In this document: piece after piece, positions 63,552 to 64,000 of the stretch | Layout: each line of letters opens with the position of its first letter | Position numbering within the stretch: position 1 is the first letter of the stretch | Virus record (IMG/VR): IMGVR_UViG_3300035520_001860 | Span: 32,001-96,000 of that record | DNA: 64,000 nucleotides | Source: a virus | Lineage: Duplodnaviria > Caudoviricetes | Strand: one strand, 5' to 3' | Program-made: the position numbers and the translations under genes | Notes under the pieces: model-generated | What the model was told of the DNA's origin: nothing | Databases searched by the model: none | The model's input: only the letters and a program-made list of their open reading frames with translations

Positions 63552-64000
63552 ATGGACTCAACAGAACAAAATGTAAATCAGCAGGAAAACACAGTAGATA
63601 GTGAAAATAACATAAATTTATCAAAGCAACCAGGACCAGACTTAACAAAACATGATACATCATCTGAACAAAATAATTTTAGTCAACAGAATGTATATCA
63701 ACAACAGCAAGGACAGTACCAACAGCAGTATCAGTACCAACAGCAACCACAACAGAATATGTATCAGCAGAATCAATATCAACAGCAACCATATAATTCT
63801 GATATAGTAACACCTGATAAATTAACACTTGAACCTGCAATAGCATGTTTATTAAGTGTATTTGTTGCTGGGCTTGGACAAATGATTAATGGGCAAATAG
63901 AAAAAGGATTAATTATTTTACTTGGTGGTATGGCAATAATATTTGTAGTAACACTTGTAACATGTGGAATAGGAGCATTACTATCTCCAGTATTAATTGC
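63552..64000 (+). CDS. Gln-rich N-terminus plus TM2-like membrane domain; truncated by the window end
   Basis: AGGAGGAG RBS, ATG at 63552; QQQGQYQQQYQYQQ; EPAIACLLSVFVAGLGQMINGQIEKGLIILLGG. Confidence 0.75.
   Translation, partial: MDSTEQNVNQQENTVDSENNINLSKQPGPDLTKHDTSSEQNNFSQQNVYQQQQGQYQQQYQYQQQPQQNMYQQNQYQQQPYNSDIVTPDKLTLEPAIACLLSVFVAGLGQMINGQIEKGLIILLGGMAIIFVVTLVTCGIGALLSPVLI

Noticed and set aside
1-64000. CRISPR array, tRNA, rRNA or tmRNA
   Set aside because: No regularly spaced direct repeats with unique spacers and no cloverleaf or tmRNA ends recognised; intergenic gaps are short and AT-rich
1-64000. Alternative genetic code as seen in some large phages
   Set aside because: Genes are full length under the standard code, and TAA, TAG and TGA all serve as genuine stops
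1-64000. IS elements, integrases or phage structural genes
   Set aside because: No DDE or tyrosine/serine recombinase motifs, terminal inverted repeats, terminase, capsid or tail genes recognised

Overview
This is a low-GC (roughly 30%), strongly purine-skewed window in which every credible gene (about 50) lies on the + strand with Firmicutes-type GGAGG ribosome-binding sites. It looks like part of a very large extrachromosomal element of a Clostridia-like host (megaplasmid, giant conjugative element or jumbo phage); no virion genes, rRNA, tRNA or CRISPR array were seen. Contents: (1) an atypical conjugation/DNA-translocation cluster (VirB4-like ATPase, FtsK/TcpA-like ATPase, degenerate ParA/MinD proteins, NTF2/VirB8-like lipoprotein); (2) replication and repair genes (SNF2 and SF2 helicases, DnaC-like, DnaB-like, type IIA topoisomerase B and A subunits about 9 kb apart, RuvC-like, ParB-HNH, and a split, apparently catalytically dead NAD-ligase); (3) host-like infC, smpB and mscS; (4) a MoxR AAA+/vWA-metallopeptidase module and a HipA-like kinase. 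Main candidates for new biology: four paralogous proteins made of a variable Cys/His zinc-finger repeat array, a PD-(D/E)xK nuclease and a Mom-like GNAT domain, each next to a conserved ATPase gene whose catalytic motif carries a CpG-rich, apparently recoded patch; and a ~70-aa DUF3892-like domain repeated about 10 times across six otherwise unrelated proteins. All family assignments come from motif recognition by eye, not database searches.
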